A stretch of DNA of 64,000 bases from Salpingoeca rosetta (taxonomy: Eukaryota > Protista > Choanoflagellata), in contig JAWQFM010000033.1 in NCBI GenBank assembly GCA_033442325.1, positions 475,029 to 539,028 of the forward strand. Direction: 5' to 3'. Within the stretch, counting starts at the first letter, position 1; every line of letters begins with the position of its first letter. The notes under the pieces were generated by a model. It was not told the origin of the DNA. It saw nothing but the letters and a program-made list of their open reading frames with translations, and did not search any database. A program made the translations under genes and the position numbers. Shown in pieces: positions 1-13,881 of the stretch.

Positions 1-150
1 ACCGAGGGAACCGCAACGTGGCTGCAGCAGCTGCTGCTGCTCACAAGGCGCCACCACCACAGTCGTCATCATCATCGTCATCATCGCGACCAACAGCATC
101 GGCGCCCCCACGCCCGCCAGTGGCAGAAGAGGAGGTGTGCCTTGTGTGTC

Positions 151-200
<50 letters not shown>

Positions 201-558
201 GTGTGTGCGTGTGCGTGTGTGTGTTTGAGCCTGTACAGTGTGTGTTGACACACACCCCTCTTCATCCTACTTCTGCAACCCACTTCTCCTGCCCCTCACT
301 TCTTCACCTCCCTTCTTCGACACGTTCTGTTGTTGAAGCCGGATGCGTACGTGGACATGATGAACGTTGCCGAGGTGAAACTGGAGGCATGCGAGATTGT
401 GCAACAGCACCAAGAGACAAAACAACATCAAGTGAGTAATGATATGATTCACGCAGAAAAGGTCAATCATGCCGCCGTGTATGTTTCGTGTCCTGTCATG
501 CATTCTCTGACATAACTGCCCGTGTGTGTGTGTGTGTGTGTGTGTGCGTGCGTGTGCG

Positions 559-589
<31 letters not shown>

Positions 590-1424
590 TGCTCTGTTTC
601 GCAGAGTGCACCAACGCAACAGCGAGTGGAGCGGATCGACGAAGAAAAGAATGAGGTGTGCAAGCCTTGACCATGCACAACGCATCACTAATCCCGGCAC
701 TGTTAATGCTTGAGTAGTTGTGGGCAATCTCCCTCACCATTTCCGTCATTGTCGCCATCAACGTGTTGTTACTGCTCTGAACTGAATGGCAGCAGGAGTA
801 CATGGACTTGACGGGTTTCATTGAAGTACCGCTGGAGACAGTGAAGGAACCAACGACCACAGAAACGAAGGTGAGGCTTCTCACATGAACTTGTTGCAGG
901 GATTGACTTGATGTGCATCATCATTGCTTGCTTTTGCTTACTTGTGCTTGCTTTTGCTTACTTGTGCTTGCTTGTTGTTACCTTGCATGTTGTTACCTTG
1001 CTTGTTGTTACCTTGCTTGCTTTTGCTTGCTTGGGGGTGGCGTGTCGTCACTGATTCGCCCTCTGCTATCGCCTGTTGTTGTCCGCATCTGCCTTGTAGG
1101 TTGTTGCCGTTGAAGGGCACACTGCATCTTCGCAACGCTCGGCACAAGCAAGCACACCAGACCAGGTACGTCGCCAACACAGCGAAGAGGTCACGGTGGT
1201 AGGGAGGGTGAACCGTGCAGGAGGTGTTCAGGTGCGACGCTTCCCCCCGTTTGTAACCGGCGTCGGCATCCGCACAACTTCACACCACACGTGGCACGTT
1301 GGCTTTGGGTGTGGCATTGCTGCAGGGCTCTGGGAGGATTGCAAAAGAGGAGGACGAGGAGGAAGGCGTGCCTGCTGAGGAACGCACATACCTTGAACCC
1401 ATCGCACAGCTCATTTCAATGTGA
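1..1424 (+). CDS. 3' end of a spliced gene (partial); acidic low-complexity C-terminus with three tyrosine motifs, probably a pTyr-signalling receptor tail or adaptor
   Basis: Phase-0 GT-AG exons <1-134, 339-431, 605-655, 793-870, 1100-1165 and 1326-1424 join in frame: ...EEEPDAYVDMM...EKNEQEYMDLT...EERTYLEPIAQLISM*. Confidence 0.6.
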
Positions 1425-2073
1425 TGATCATCTACAATGTATGTGTGTGTTGCATGTATGCATGTGTGTGTTTGCGTGTGCATGTGTGGGAGTGTGTGTG
1501 TCACGGGGTGGCCCGTGGAACGGAGTCAACACACACAGCAAGACGTGCTTTTCATGTCGTGTGCTTTTGAGGCATGTTGATGAAGAAGTAAAGGCACACC
1601 GTTGGCACGCGCCAGTCAGATTGAAGGATTGAAAGACAAGCAACACGGCAACGTTCACAATATCCAAACGTCTCCTCTCCTCACAGGCTCACAAGCACAA
1701 AAGCACACACACACACACGCATGTGCACACACACATACACACACACACATGTGCACACACATGCACACATGTGCACACACACACACACACACATGTGCAC
1801 ACACACACACATACACACATGTCATACACATTCCCCACCAACTCGAGTTGTTGGCGGCGCGGCTGGCCTTGGAAAGATTTTCGGTACAACAACACCACGC
1901 CCATTCACAAAGAACCTAAGAACCACGCTCTTTCCAAGAAGCAAGAAAGCGTGGAAATTCACGGTTGTGCCAGCAGCTACAGCAATCAACAGGAATCACG
2001 CCACGAAACCTGCCCCAGTTCAAGCAGCATGTTGACCGAGCCATACCTCAACACGCCATTTTCCTCCTCTTTA

Positions 2074-3040
2074 TCACCCCTCCTCCCTGGCTAAGCGAAT
2101 GAGCATGTTCGCGTGCCCTTTCTTCGCACCAGCTGCAATGAGGTCCTTCTTCGTTAAGTCCCCGTCAATCACAAGCTCCACAAGATCTTGCAGCGTGGAA
2201 ATGCCGTGGTCGATCAACACACTCTTCACGTGTACAAGGAGACCGTGTCGCTGTAGCCAGTTCGCAAGGTCGGAATTGAAGAGGTCTTCATCCATTACAC
2301 TGGCATCTGGAGTTGGAGTTGATGTCGGCAAGTGTGGAAAGAACGCAGCAAACTTTTCAGCCAAACACCGAGACGTTACGCGGTGGCGATCAACCCATAT
2401 GCCAGCGCTGTACTGTTGCTGGACTGAGTCAAAGTGCAACAGCGTGTCTTCGTCGTATGGAAGAAACAACTGCACGTGCAAGTCACCATATCGACGTGCC
2501 ATGGCCTGGTTGATGGTTTCATGAAGTTGATCCAAGAACATGCGTGGTTCAGGACCATCAATCCAAACTTTGATGCCGCCAACAGCAGGAACAAGCCGCA
2601 GCTCCACTCTCGAATCTGCTGCGAAGATAACGACATGGGTACGGCTGAGCTTTGGCTCTCGCGTAGCTGTTGGTTGCGTGCGCTGCAGCACGTGTGCGAG
2701 CAACATGGTGAAGATGCCTTCAGGCAGGAAGGTTGTGCGCTGAAGGGCATCTATGCTCACGTCGGCATTTGCACTCGGCTGTGCAGGTCCAGCGATGAAG
2801 CTGATGTACGCCGTGTTCGGCTCATGTCCGAGATACGAGTGAAATCGCTGGGCCACAGTTGTGCTCAATACCACAGAAGATGACATCGACGACGCCTCAT
2901 CAGCACTTGTCGGAGAGGCTGGAGCTGTTGATGATGTCGGTGAAGTCAGTGGAGTTGGTGATGGGTCAAGGGTCATGGGCAGGATCGCCGGCACGAGGTA
3001 GCATTCCTCCTCCTCCTGCTCCTGCTTCTGCTCCTGCTCC

Positions 3041-3115
<75 letters not shown>

Positions 3116-4069
3116 GCCAGGACATGCTTTGGAGCACCCCCGTTTCGTGCCACCCTTGGGAGTGTGTATTGCACACACAATCCATATTCCATCATCAAGC
3201 GCAAGAACGGCTCAACCAGGTCACATTGCATATCCCTCCACAGCACCTCCAGCACTTGGCGGTGCAGGATGCCACGAAGGACCAGATCGTCCCATAAGTG
3301 GGCACCCAGCCTAATTGCTTCTTGGTCGTGAACATCGCTGTGGAGGTCGAAGTTGCGGATGACACTTGTCATCGTGTCTACCGCCCACTGGGGGCTCAAG
3401 ATGACGAAGGCATCCATACCGTCGATGTCATCATAGTACAGCACCATAGAATACAGGTGCAGATACTTCAGACACATCCTCGTGTCCATCTTGTTTTGCA
3501 GGCCAAACTTTTTGCGACCAATATCTGTGGCTTCTGCGAGTGTAACAAAGGGCCTGTGAGATGCTCTGTGCATGCTCATCAACTCGTCGTAGAGGCGAAT
3601 GTACGACACAGCTATTTCTCGGCTCACAAACGGCTGCGCCAGTGCTGTGAAGGAGATGGTCTGGCGCAGGTCCTGGATCATGGGGTCATCGATGGACTTG
3701 GTGTTGTCAATGGGCCAAAACCATAGGCCGTGCTTGTCGTTGTGGATGACAGAAGGGAAGGCCGGGTTGTACCGGAATCGCTTGAAGAGTTGTTCAGACA
3801 CCTGGTGATGTTGTCTTGGGGATGCCACCACGTCAGCAAATGTGCCAATGATGAGGACGGGTGCGCCCTTGGCGTGGAGGTGGAGGGAGGAAAGCCAATA
3901 CTCAATAAACTCCCAGGTAGCCTCGCGTTTCTCGTCATCTGGGTGCAACAAGCTCTCCATGGAGAATACCAGGAGGTACACCGCATACCTGTTGTGGGGG
4001 CGAACGTGGGAAGTAGTGGGGTGAGGGGTGTGTGGAGTAGGTTGAAACAGAATGAGGTGGACAGCACGC

Positions 4070-4124
<55 letters not shown>

Positions 4125-5171
4125 GCACAGACACACAGACACACACAGACACACACAGACACACACAGAAGCACAGACACACACACACACCAAAAGGAAT
4201 CTAATGGCTCACTCTGTGAGGAAGAAAGGGTGGAAGATGTAGAAGGTGGACTGGCCACCCAGGTCAAAGACCTTGAACGTGACCCGCGCTTTGCCTTGAG
4301 CAATTGTCATGTCAAGGTTCACATCTTTGATGGCCCGTTCAAGATCCTCTCGACTTGTTGAAGTCGTGGCAGCCTCATTGACCACGCCATCTGGGTCTGG
4401 AACTGGGTCTGTCTCGTCATGCAAGGGTGGGTCTGTGGGTTGAGCTATCGTGGAACCGGTTTGTGGCGCTAGCTTGCTTGCAGGATTTGTAGGTGGAACC
4501 GGAAGTCTTCGATGCCGTCTTGAAGTTGTTGGACCTGGTTTTTGCCGTTGTTGTTGCAACCGTGACCGCTGCTGCCGCTCTTGGGTTGCTTTCATCATCT
4601 CTTTCTTCAGTGTTGCCGCAATACCCGAAGTCCTTGCCAGTGCCGTATCTCGTAGGGTGCGCATGTACTCGGACGTGCCTGGCTCGACACTCTGTGGCGC
4701 GATGTTCAAGATGGAGGTGGAGCGGAACATGCAGAACGAGGGTCAAGGGACCAAACAGCGGTGTGAGGATAAGCAAACAAACACCGGCACTTATCCACAT
4801 GCGCACAGCCTCCCCGATGTCCTTGCATGCACGCAAGCACCGCAGAGGAAGCACACAGTTGCTTGCGCGTATTTGCACCAGGCTATCACTATCACGACCA
4901 CACCTGCCAATCACAGACGTCCATTGTTTCGACCGTGACATCCAAGTTCACACCATCCGCACCACGCGTGGAGTTGTGAACTGGATTAAACGTCTCGGCC
5001 ATCAACGAGCGCAGCGTCGTTGTTTTGCCTGCACCTCCTTCTCCGACAATCATGAGCTTCGCACGTGCTGCCATCTGCGTTTGGGACTGTGCAGAAATCT
5101 CGAGCATGTGCCGAATGACTTCATTTTGGTATTTGAGCCGGGCCTGTTGGGTTTGAGGACATGTTACACAC

Positions 5172-5207
<36 letters not shown>

Positions 5208-6085
5208 GGAGAGGAAAGCAACAGAATCGATCAACATTGCCCTTTTCGACACCCACTCACAGGGATGCACTGTCACACTTTTCCTCATTGGAAACCCACA
5301 TCATTGCTGTTCGCTGGGCGCAAGTCCTCGAGACTAATAATGTCGATGTGGCCCCGGATTGCAGCTTCATCATAAGCGGTCTCCTCCTGCAAATTTGAGA
5401 GAGGATGCGACCACGCATACGGACGGTCACTGGATGAAACCATTCACATGGTAAGGGGCAGTACAATGATGTTGCATGGAATGAGAGCACATCGCATGTA
5501 TACAGTCTCTTGGAAGAATCAACTCACATTTGCGTTAGTAGCAGTGATATCTGCGCCATTTTCAAGCAACAGCGAAACAATGGCCACTTGATTGTGCTTG
5601 CAAGCAAAATGAAGCGGTGTGTCGTCCTGAGCGTGCACGGTGAGTGTGGTTGACAATGAAATGGCGTTGGTTAAGCCAAGAGGGCCGCAGACAATCTTGC
5701 ACAATGTAAAGAAAGCAACGGCTACGCAGTTACACACACACACACACGCACAACGCCGACACATACTTGTTCGTTCTGTTCATTGATGACAGTGTTGTTT
5801 TGCTTGATTAGGGTGCTTGCGGCCTCAAGGTTGCCATGCTTGCACGCGGAGAAAAACTCTTGTTGTTGTCGCCTCTTCTCGTCTCGTCCTTGGTTGAAGG
5901 CTACCCGTTCCTCAGACGTCCTGATGGAATAAAAGGAGACGAGGCAAAGTTGTACAAAATGTACGCGCACGAAGTAATGTGAGCATCCAGTCGCATACAC
6001 CATGACCACGCCCGAGCAGGCATAGTGAACGGCGACCACACGCACACGCACACGCACACGCACACGCACACACACACACACACAT

Positions 6086-6118
<33 letters not shown>

Positions 6119-8022
6119 TGCATGCATGAGCAGGAGCACGCGCACCCAACCTCAGACGCTGAGCTTGGTGCAGACTCACCAATTACCCGTGTCGATGCGT
6201 CGGTTCACTGGCAGTGCCGCCCCAAAGGCACGAGCGGCCTGGGAAGAGTTGTGGTGGATGCTGCATGTTGGTGGTGTGCAGGCATTCACGTTAAATCAGA
6301 ACTCCCATTTCAGACATGCACCATGACTCTCGTGTGTCCAGACATTACGGGGATAAAGGAGGAGAGGACGGAAGTTGTGTCACATGTACGCACAGAAGTC
6401 CTTCAAGGGTGCGATTCTTGCGCAATGCTCCTCCAAAGGCAGCTCCACCACTTGTACCAATGTCATTGTTGGACAAACTGCATGACGGCAAAGATGTATA
6501 TGATATGTAAATGAAGAAGAGGCACGGCAAGGAAGTGACCATGACACGACGTGAGCCAGACTCACCTCAATCTTGACAGCCATGAATTGTGTCGCAACAT
6601 TTCCGCCAATGCTCCCGCCGCAGCGGGGCCGAGGTCATTTTCCCAAACCCTTCGGGTCAAACGATTGGTGTGGTGTGACGTGTAAGCAAGCATGTGTGTG
6701 TGTGTGTGTGATTTCAGCGCAATTGAAATCGAGTTCGCACAGCATTGGTTGCAGGTTGCAGTTTGTGTCTTGCATCTTCAGTCCCGAGGTGAGTCTTTCC
6801 AACGTTCCGAGCAAGCTATGACCAGGGTGTCGTGCACTTACCATATTCTGTTCAGAGTGGTGTTGTCATGCGCAAGCGCGGCTGCGAGAGAACGGACGCC
6901 TTCATCACCCATGCGGTTCTTCCCAAGACTGATGCATCGTTTGGGCGAAAAGACGGAAAACACATGAGCAACCCGCGACAACACCATACAGTGCCTCATT
7001 TTCATGGCAATGTAGCAGGGACCGCGTGACAAAACCAGCGGTTACACTGTTGTGTTACACACGGTTGCATAGGAAGACGTGCACCAAATCGTGGCCAGAC
7101 CATGAACAAACTCACTTCAGGTCCACAATGCAGGTGTTGTGTCTTAACATGTCTGCCAAGGCTGCAGCGCCGTCAGGCCCAATAGCGTTGCGAGACAGCC
7201 TGGGTAGCAGGGCAGACAAGCGGATCAAGGACCAATGAGGTAGTTGTTGCTCAGTGTATCCACGAGTGGCACAGGGACTGGTTACATCAGCACATGCAAC
7301 TGCTAGCACATCGTCTTTGTCTCAACCAACGCACCAGAGAACCTTCACGCTGTTGTTGCGCTTGAGCATATCTGCCAAGGCCACTGTGCCCTCAGGGCCA
7401 ATGGAGTTGTCATCCAACCTGGTGTCAGCCGCAAGACCACGCGCCATCAGCGGCAACGATACACAGAGACTCAAGGTTAAGCGCGGATGAGGGTTGCCCA
7501 AAAAGCTGTGTGAATGCCAAGCAATCAAGCGAGCCAGCTTGTGAACCAAACAGAAGTTAACAAAGCAAGGCCCTTTGTGCTTGTGAGCTCACACCTCACC
7601 AAAGTTGCTTCACCGTCTTGTTGTTTTCCAGTACATCTGCCAAGGCGGCCGCACCGACAGCGCCAATTGAATTGCGTTGCAAACTGTGACATGAACGCAG
7701 CGTAGTACCAGTTACAGAGTCATCACAGATCACAATCCGATGCGGTGAGTGCAAGATGATGAGCAGCGGAGATAACCATGCTGGCTAGCACCTGAGGAGG
7801 TGTGAAACGACCACCGCATGCTTCACGAACACCAACGATCCCTTCAACTGACTGTAGCTCTTGAAGTGAGGTGTTGCCTCTCAATGCCTCGGCAAGCGCA
7901 CTCGCTCCATTATCGTCGAGTCCAGCATCTCCCATTCTTTATTAGAGCGGGGGGGGGGGGGGAGAGTGTGTGTGTTGTGAGCGAGCGAGCGTGTGTGTGT
8001 GTGTGTGTATGTGTGTGTGTGT

Positions 8023-8096
<74 letters not shown>

Positions 8097-8519
8097 CGCA
8101 AGACTGCATGGTGGACGCACATACAGAATTCAGTTGCACACCGACACACCTACACACCTACAGACAAACACACCCCGACTCGACACAGACAAACACACAC
8201 ACACACACAAACCTATGCATACACACACACACACATACACACACATACATACAAACACACACGCATACACACACACACACACGCTCGCGCGCGTGAAAGC
8301 ACATGGTTGTTTGGCACCTTTTCAGCATTCCAAACAGAAACACCTCTACACCTGCAACACTTCTTTGCAACAGTAACAGTAGGGTACTCACCTCACAAAC
8401 TCTCCATAGGTGTTGGTGGCGATGTGTCTGATTTTTCGTTTCACCGAATCCTCCAACCTCGTCTTTGCTAAGAACGCTTCCACCTTCTCGAGCACTGTTG
8501 GCGTCGACGTTGTCGTCAT
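2074..8519 (-). CDS. ROCO family protein: RNI-like LRRs + ankyrin repeats + ROC GTPase + COR + C-terminal SAM-like domain, no kinase
   Basis: Exons 8519-8392, 7936-7853, 7683-7600, 7418-7335, 7199-7116, 6928-6842, 6649-6566, 6477-6394, 6260-6180, 5920-5767, 5626-5528, 5386-5300, 5143-4904, 4691-4213 and 3988-2074 splice in frame. LRR consensus LxxNxIGxxGAxALAxxLxxNxxLxxL. Ankyrin DTPLHFACKHNQVAIVSLLLENGAD. ROC motifs G1 GEGGAGKTT, G2 STRG, G3 VFDLGGQ, G4 IIGTFAD. COR-like ILSPQW and YLVPAILP. SAM-like LANWLQRHGL...AGAKKGHANML. Confidence 0.9.
3041..3115 (-). repeat. (CAA)n coding polyglutamine tract inside the COR region
   Basis: (TTG)n on the + strand, read as poly-Q in ORF 2074..4188. Confidence 0.9.
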
Positions 8520-8903
8520 CGTGACGCAGTTGGTGCCCCCTGCACACACACAGCACCGCAGCACTACAGCAGCTATGCAGCTTGCTTGTTGTCCGTGGTC
8601 CTGCGTTGTTTTCTGTTTTGATGGTGGTCCTGTGGCGGTGTATTGCGGAAAATTGAACGCCCTCACGAAAGCTATTCGGCTGGTTTTGTTTGTGTTTTTG
8701 TTTATTGCCACGCGATCATGGAACCCCATGATGCGTGAACCGCACTCAGACTCAAGGCATCAATGAATACGTGCATGACTCCGCATGTGTGTGTATGTGT
8801 GTGTATGTATATGTGTGTATGTGTACATGCGTGCACCCGGGTTCTCTCCTCACTCCGCCCCCAACTGGTAAGTGACACTCAAGTAAGCAAGTCAGTAAGT
8901 ACA

Positions 8904-8961
<58 letters not shown>

Positions 8962-9179
8962 AGCAACGCAAGCAAGCAGTGAAACACAAATTGTGCACGG
9001 GTGAGCGGAATGTCTGAACCCTTGAACCAGTCACAGGTGCACTTGCACGCATGCGCGTCCTTCTAAAGTTCTTGCTACAGCGTGTCACAGACACCGCCAC
9101 AACCACCGCAGCACCACAACTTGCTCCTCTAGTTCGTCCGCTCATTCGCTCACTCGCTACGCTTCTGAGTTACGGGCGA

Positions 9180-11542
9180 TCAACGCCCATGTGACGTCTG
9201 CAGCCCATTCACAAAGCAAACGGAACACGATGTGAATGTGAGCCGAGTGATACCATGGAACGCATGGCGCGCACACATGATGGCGAAATCAACGCTCACA
9301 GCATCAACACGCACGAGCCCCCCACACCCACACCCACACTCACACACGCACACACACGCACACACACACACCCACCCACACGCACGCACGCACGCACGCA
9401 CACACACACGCACGCAGCACGCACACACACGCACACACACACACACACACGCACACACACACACACGCACACACACACGCACGCACGCACACACACACAC
9501 ACACACGCACGCCCAGTCCCATCCACCACAAAACAGCTCACCCTGCGTCTGCCGAAAAACACGCCAGTAAACCTGCGGCGTCGTCGTGGTGATTGCCCTT
9601 CCTCCTCCTGCTCCTGCACTTGTTGTTGGTGTTGGGTCTGTTTTGGCGACTTCGGAGCGCTTTCTTCAGCCACCGGCACTGGTGTTGTCATCATGGCCAT
9701 GGCCGCTGAATCCACATCCACATCACCACCACCACCACGACGTGGCTGCATGTTAACAGCAGCTGTTGCACGACGCCGCCGACCACCATCACTACCCGTA
9801 CCATCAGTGGCCACGTGCAGGCGCGGCTGGCGGTATCTGCGATGATCATCATCGTCTTCGAGGTCGCGACCGCAAACACCAGCATCACCAGCATCTACAC
9901 TGCCAGCACGGCGGCGGAGGCGGCCACGACGACCAGACGCATCCACGTCTCTTGTTGCTGCTGCTGTTGTTGCTGTTGTTGCCGTTGTGACACAGCCACG
10001 TGCAGCATGCCTGCCCCTGTCTTCCTCACTGTGCATCTGCTTGTTGTTGTCGTCGTTCTCGTCACTGGCACTGCTACTGCTGCCGCTGCCCCGCTTGCGC
10101 ACAACAGCACCATCGCGATCACCACCACCACCATCAACAACCGCAGTATCAACAGCGGCACAGTCAGCGTTCATCCCAACGACACCCTCCTGTCTCTCCT
10201 GTCTCTCCTCCACTTCCTCCTCGTCCTCCTCCTCGTCGAACACGAGTGCAAACGCGTCGCTGCTCATATGCGTGTGCGTGGACGTGGCACTTGATCTGCG
10301 CACCGCTTCCTGCAGATCTGTCGCGTTCTTAAACACGGACTGCCGGCGCAACCGACCGGTAATTGGGTGCGACGACGACGATGACGACGACAACGACGAT
10401 GACGGGCCCCTGTGCCGTGTGCCTTGATCCAACGACAATGCACGCCTTCGCCCACCACCACCACCACTGCTGTCGGTCATGCCAAAGCTGGTGTGGACAG
10501 CACCGTCTGGGTGTGGCTGTGATCCGCAGGCGTCAAGGTGGTGCTGATGCAAGGCATCGCGGGCGAAGGCGATGGACGGTTCATGACCAGCGGCTGTTGC
10601 TCGCCGTTGCTTCTTCTTCTTCTTCTTCACCATCATCTGCTGTTGTTTCCGTTGCTTCTTCTCTTCCTTCTTTGCTTGCTTTGCCTGTTTCTTGCTCACC
10701 TCCCGTGCACTGTCGGTACCAGTACCACTGCTGCCAGCGCTGCTGTTCCTGCTGCCTTCCAATGGGCTCATGCTCGTTGTGTTTTGCCTGCCCTTCCTTC
10801 CCTTATTCTTCTTGTTCTTCTTCCACACGCGGTTTCGCCAGAACGCACCCAGCGATCCGCGTCGGCGTCCAGGCGTCGCCTCACCACCATCATCTTCGCC
10901 AACATCATCATCATCATCATCGTCGTCAACCTCATCGTCAACCTCATTGGCGTGTCCAGCAGCATTGGCAGCTAGTGTCGTTGTAGCTGTTGTTGTCGCT
11001 GCCACTGCTGTTACCGCTGCCGTGGTTGTCGTTTCATGCTGTGTGCTTGCATCGCCTGCTTCTCTTCCCATTCCTCTGGCACGCCCAGCTTCAACATGTT
11101 TGCGTGATTGCACCACATCTTCTGCCTCAGTGTCTGTCATCGTTTCCACCAGCTGCACACGCACGACAACACCGGCGTTCTCAGCACCTCCGCTGCCCTT
11201 CTGCTGCTGCTGATGCTGTTGCTGATGCTGTCGTTGTTGTTGTTGAAAGTCTTTGCTGCCTTCGCGGCTGCTCTGTGCCTCCTCCGTGTCCACATCCGGA
11301 ATGTCTGCCAGCTGTGTTCGGTTTCGCCACTCGCGCTGTCGCTGTTCGTTGCGGGGGCGTGACACCTGCTCAAACACGTCGCGCGGAGACTCTGGCGTGC
11401 GAACACCGTGGCGGCGGTGGCGGCGATGTGGACTCAGCTTCCGCCCGCGTCGCGCTGATGGCGACGACGACGACGACGCTGTTGGCGAGAATGACGGCGA
11501 CGGGGAGGGTGATGTGGATGCAGAGCCGGGTTGCATATGTGC

Positions 11543-11603
<61 letters not shown>

Positions 11604-13183
11604 CCTGTTGTGGCTGATGCTAGTTGCGATGACGATGATCTTGGTGTTGCTGTTGTTGTTGCTGTTGCTGGGATTGCGATGGTCAAGCCACTTCCTCCAT
11701 GTGCTGCAGAAGGTGCTGCTGTGATTGCAGCGACGTCATCATCAGCGTCGTATGCACCGCCATCGTTACCACCAGCAGTCAAGGCAGTGGTGCTTGCATT
11801 GCGGGAGTTCCCACCGCCAAACGTTGCGCTGGTCACAGTGGTGTCGTGCACATCCTCAACACTGTCATCGCCATCATCACGATCATTCCCATCACCGCGA
11901 ATGCCGTCACTGCTATCATAGTCGTCGTCGTCGCCGTAGTCATAGCAGTCATCATCGGTGGTGGAGATGCCGCCAGCGGTGCTGTCGCTCGCTGGATATG
12001 AGGCAGCAGATGACAGCGACGTGAAACTGTCCTGCCGCACACCAGATGGTGAATGCTGCTGCTGCTGCTGCTGCGACGACTGGTGGCGATGGTGACGGTG
12101 ACGGCGGGCATCGGTGTTGAAGTCAGCACCAAAGAATGCGCGCGAGGGCAGCGATGCTGATGGTGATGCATCACTGTGGGACTGGCGATGGCGGCGGCGA
12201 CGGCGGCTGCCTGGCGAGGAACCACGACGAACGTCGAGCGACACGGCGGATGAAGCAGCCGATGCGGAGCCTGGCGTCGTTTCAAAGTCGGAGGACACCA
12301 ACGATGTCCGTCGCGAGTCAGACTGCGTTTCAGATGCAAACATGTTGCTGCTGGCCCGCGAACCCCGCAGACGAAAGTCAACGCCGCACGAGCTAGCCCA
12401 GCTCTGCATGGAGTCTGTTGATGGCTGCTGCTCCAGCATTTGCCCATCATCACCATCGTCATCACCATCCTCACCATGGCTGGCACTGTCTTGGTCATGC
12501 CTGTGGCGGTGCGGGTGGTGTCGCACGGTGCTGTCAGCGTTGTCGTTGGTCGTGCTGTCAGTGTGGTGGGTGTGTTCCGCGAGTGCGGGTGTTGGTGTAG
12601 CGGAGCCACGGTCATCAGCAGCCGACGTGGGCCGTGAGGGCTGTAGCGTTGGCGATGGCGAAACCGCCTCCACAGTGATGTTGAACGATCCCCGATCCGT
12701 CTGCACAGACATGCGCGTGTTCTGCAGCAAGTCGACCGCTGCGAGCGGCTCCGTTCTGCTTCGGTGATGGGAAGCTGAAATGTGTTGGAAGGGGTGATGG
12801 GGATATGCGTTGGAAGGGGGTGATGGGGATGTGTTGGACAGGTGTAAGTACACGTGAGCACGGGTAGGTGAGTGATGTGATATGTGTGTGCGTGCGCGTG
12901 TGTTTATGTGCATGTGCATGTATGTGTATGTGTGCAAATGTGTCACGCGTGCATCAGGCATATTCACATGCGCGTGAACATTCGAGACAAACACAGTTGA
13001 GTGGTATGACTCACCCAATGGCTCTGCCATTTCGTACACGTCCTCCTGGTCGCTACTGCAGCAGCGAGAGACATGCGACAACAGGGCAAAAGATGTGCAC
13101 AGTCAACAAGGGATGGAACGTGTACGCTCATGGCAGGTAAGAGGCAAAGTGTCGCGTCGCACACACACACACACACGCACACA

Positions 13184-13233
<50 letters not shown>

Positions 13234-13738
13234 CGCACACAAACTCGCACACACACACACACAAACTCGCACACAGTGCACACAGTGCACACACACACGC
13301 ACACATAATGAACGTACTCGACGGCGAGGAGGTGCTGGGAGGAGGATTCCCGCGACGAGGACGGACCATACCCACCATGGTGCTGCTGATGGTGGTGGTG
13401 GTGGTGGTGGTATTCCGTCATAGACCGTGGGAAGGACAGGTGGGAGGACTGCCGGCCGGATGGGCGCCGTGTCGAGGCAGTTCGTGACGCGCGAAGACGG
13501 GAAGACCCACGCACGACCGGACGCAGGCGCCTGCTGCTGCGTCGCCTGCTGCTGCGTCGTCGCGAGCGCGAGCGCGATGAACGGCGGGATGGCGGTGTCG
13601 GTACAGCGGTGTGCAGAGACAGCTCACCCGCAACCGCGCGGCGACACAAGTGCTTGAACTCCGCCTGGGTCGGTGATGCGAAGAAGGGAGGGGGTGTGCG
13701 TGTGCAAATACAAGTGAGGAAGAACGAAGGCGCGTTGC

Positions 13739-13822
<84 letters not shown>

Positions 13823-13848
13823 AGTTGTTGTTGTTGTAGTTGTTGTAG

Positions 13849-13881
<33 letters not shown>

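Noticed and set aside
2074-8519. LRRK2 orthologue call
   Set aside because: There is no kinase or WD40 domain after COR, and the LRRs are RNI-type and precede the ankyrin repeats.
9766-12767. Long + strand ORFs antisense to the low-complexity genes (also 19738-22310 and 27026-31092)
   Set aside because: They are shadow ORFs of GC-rich triplet-repetitive coding sequence, with no domains and no splice support.
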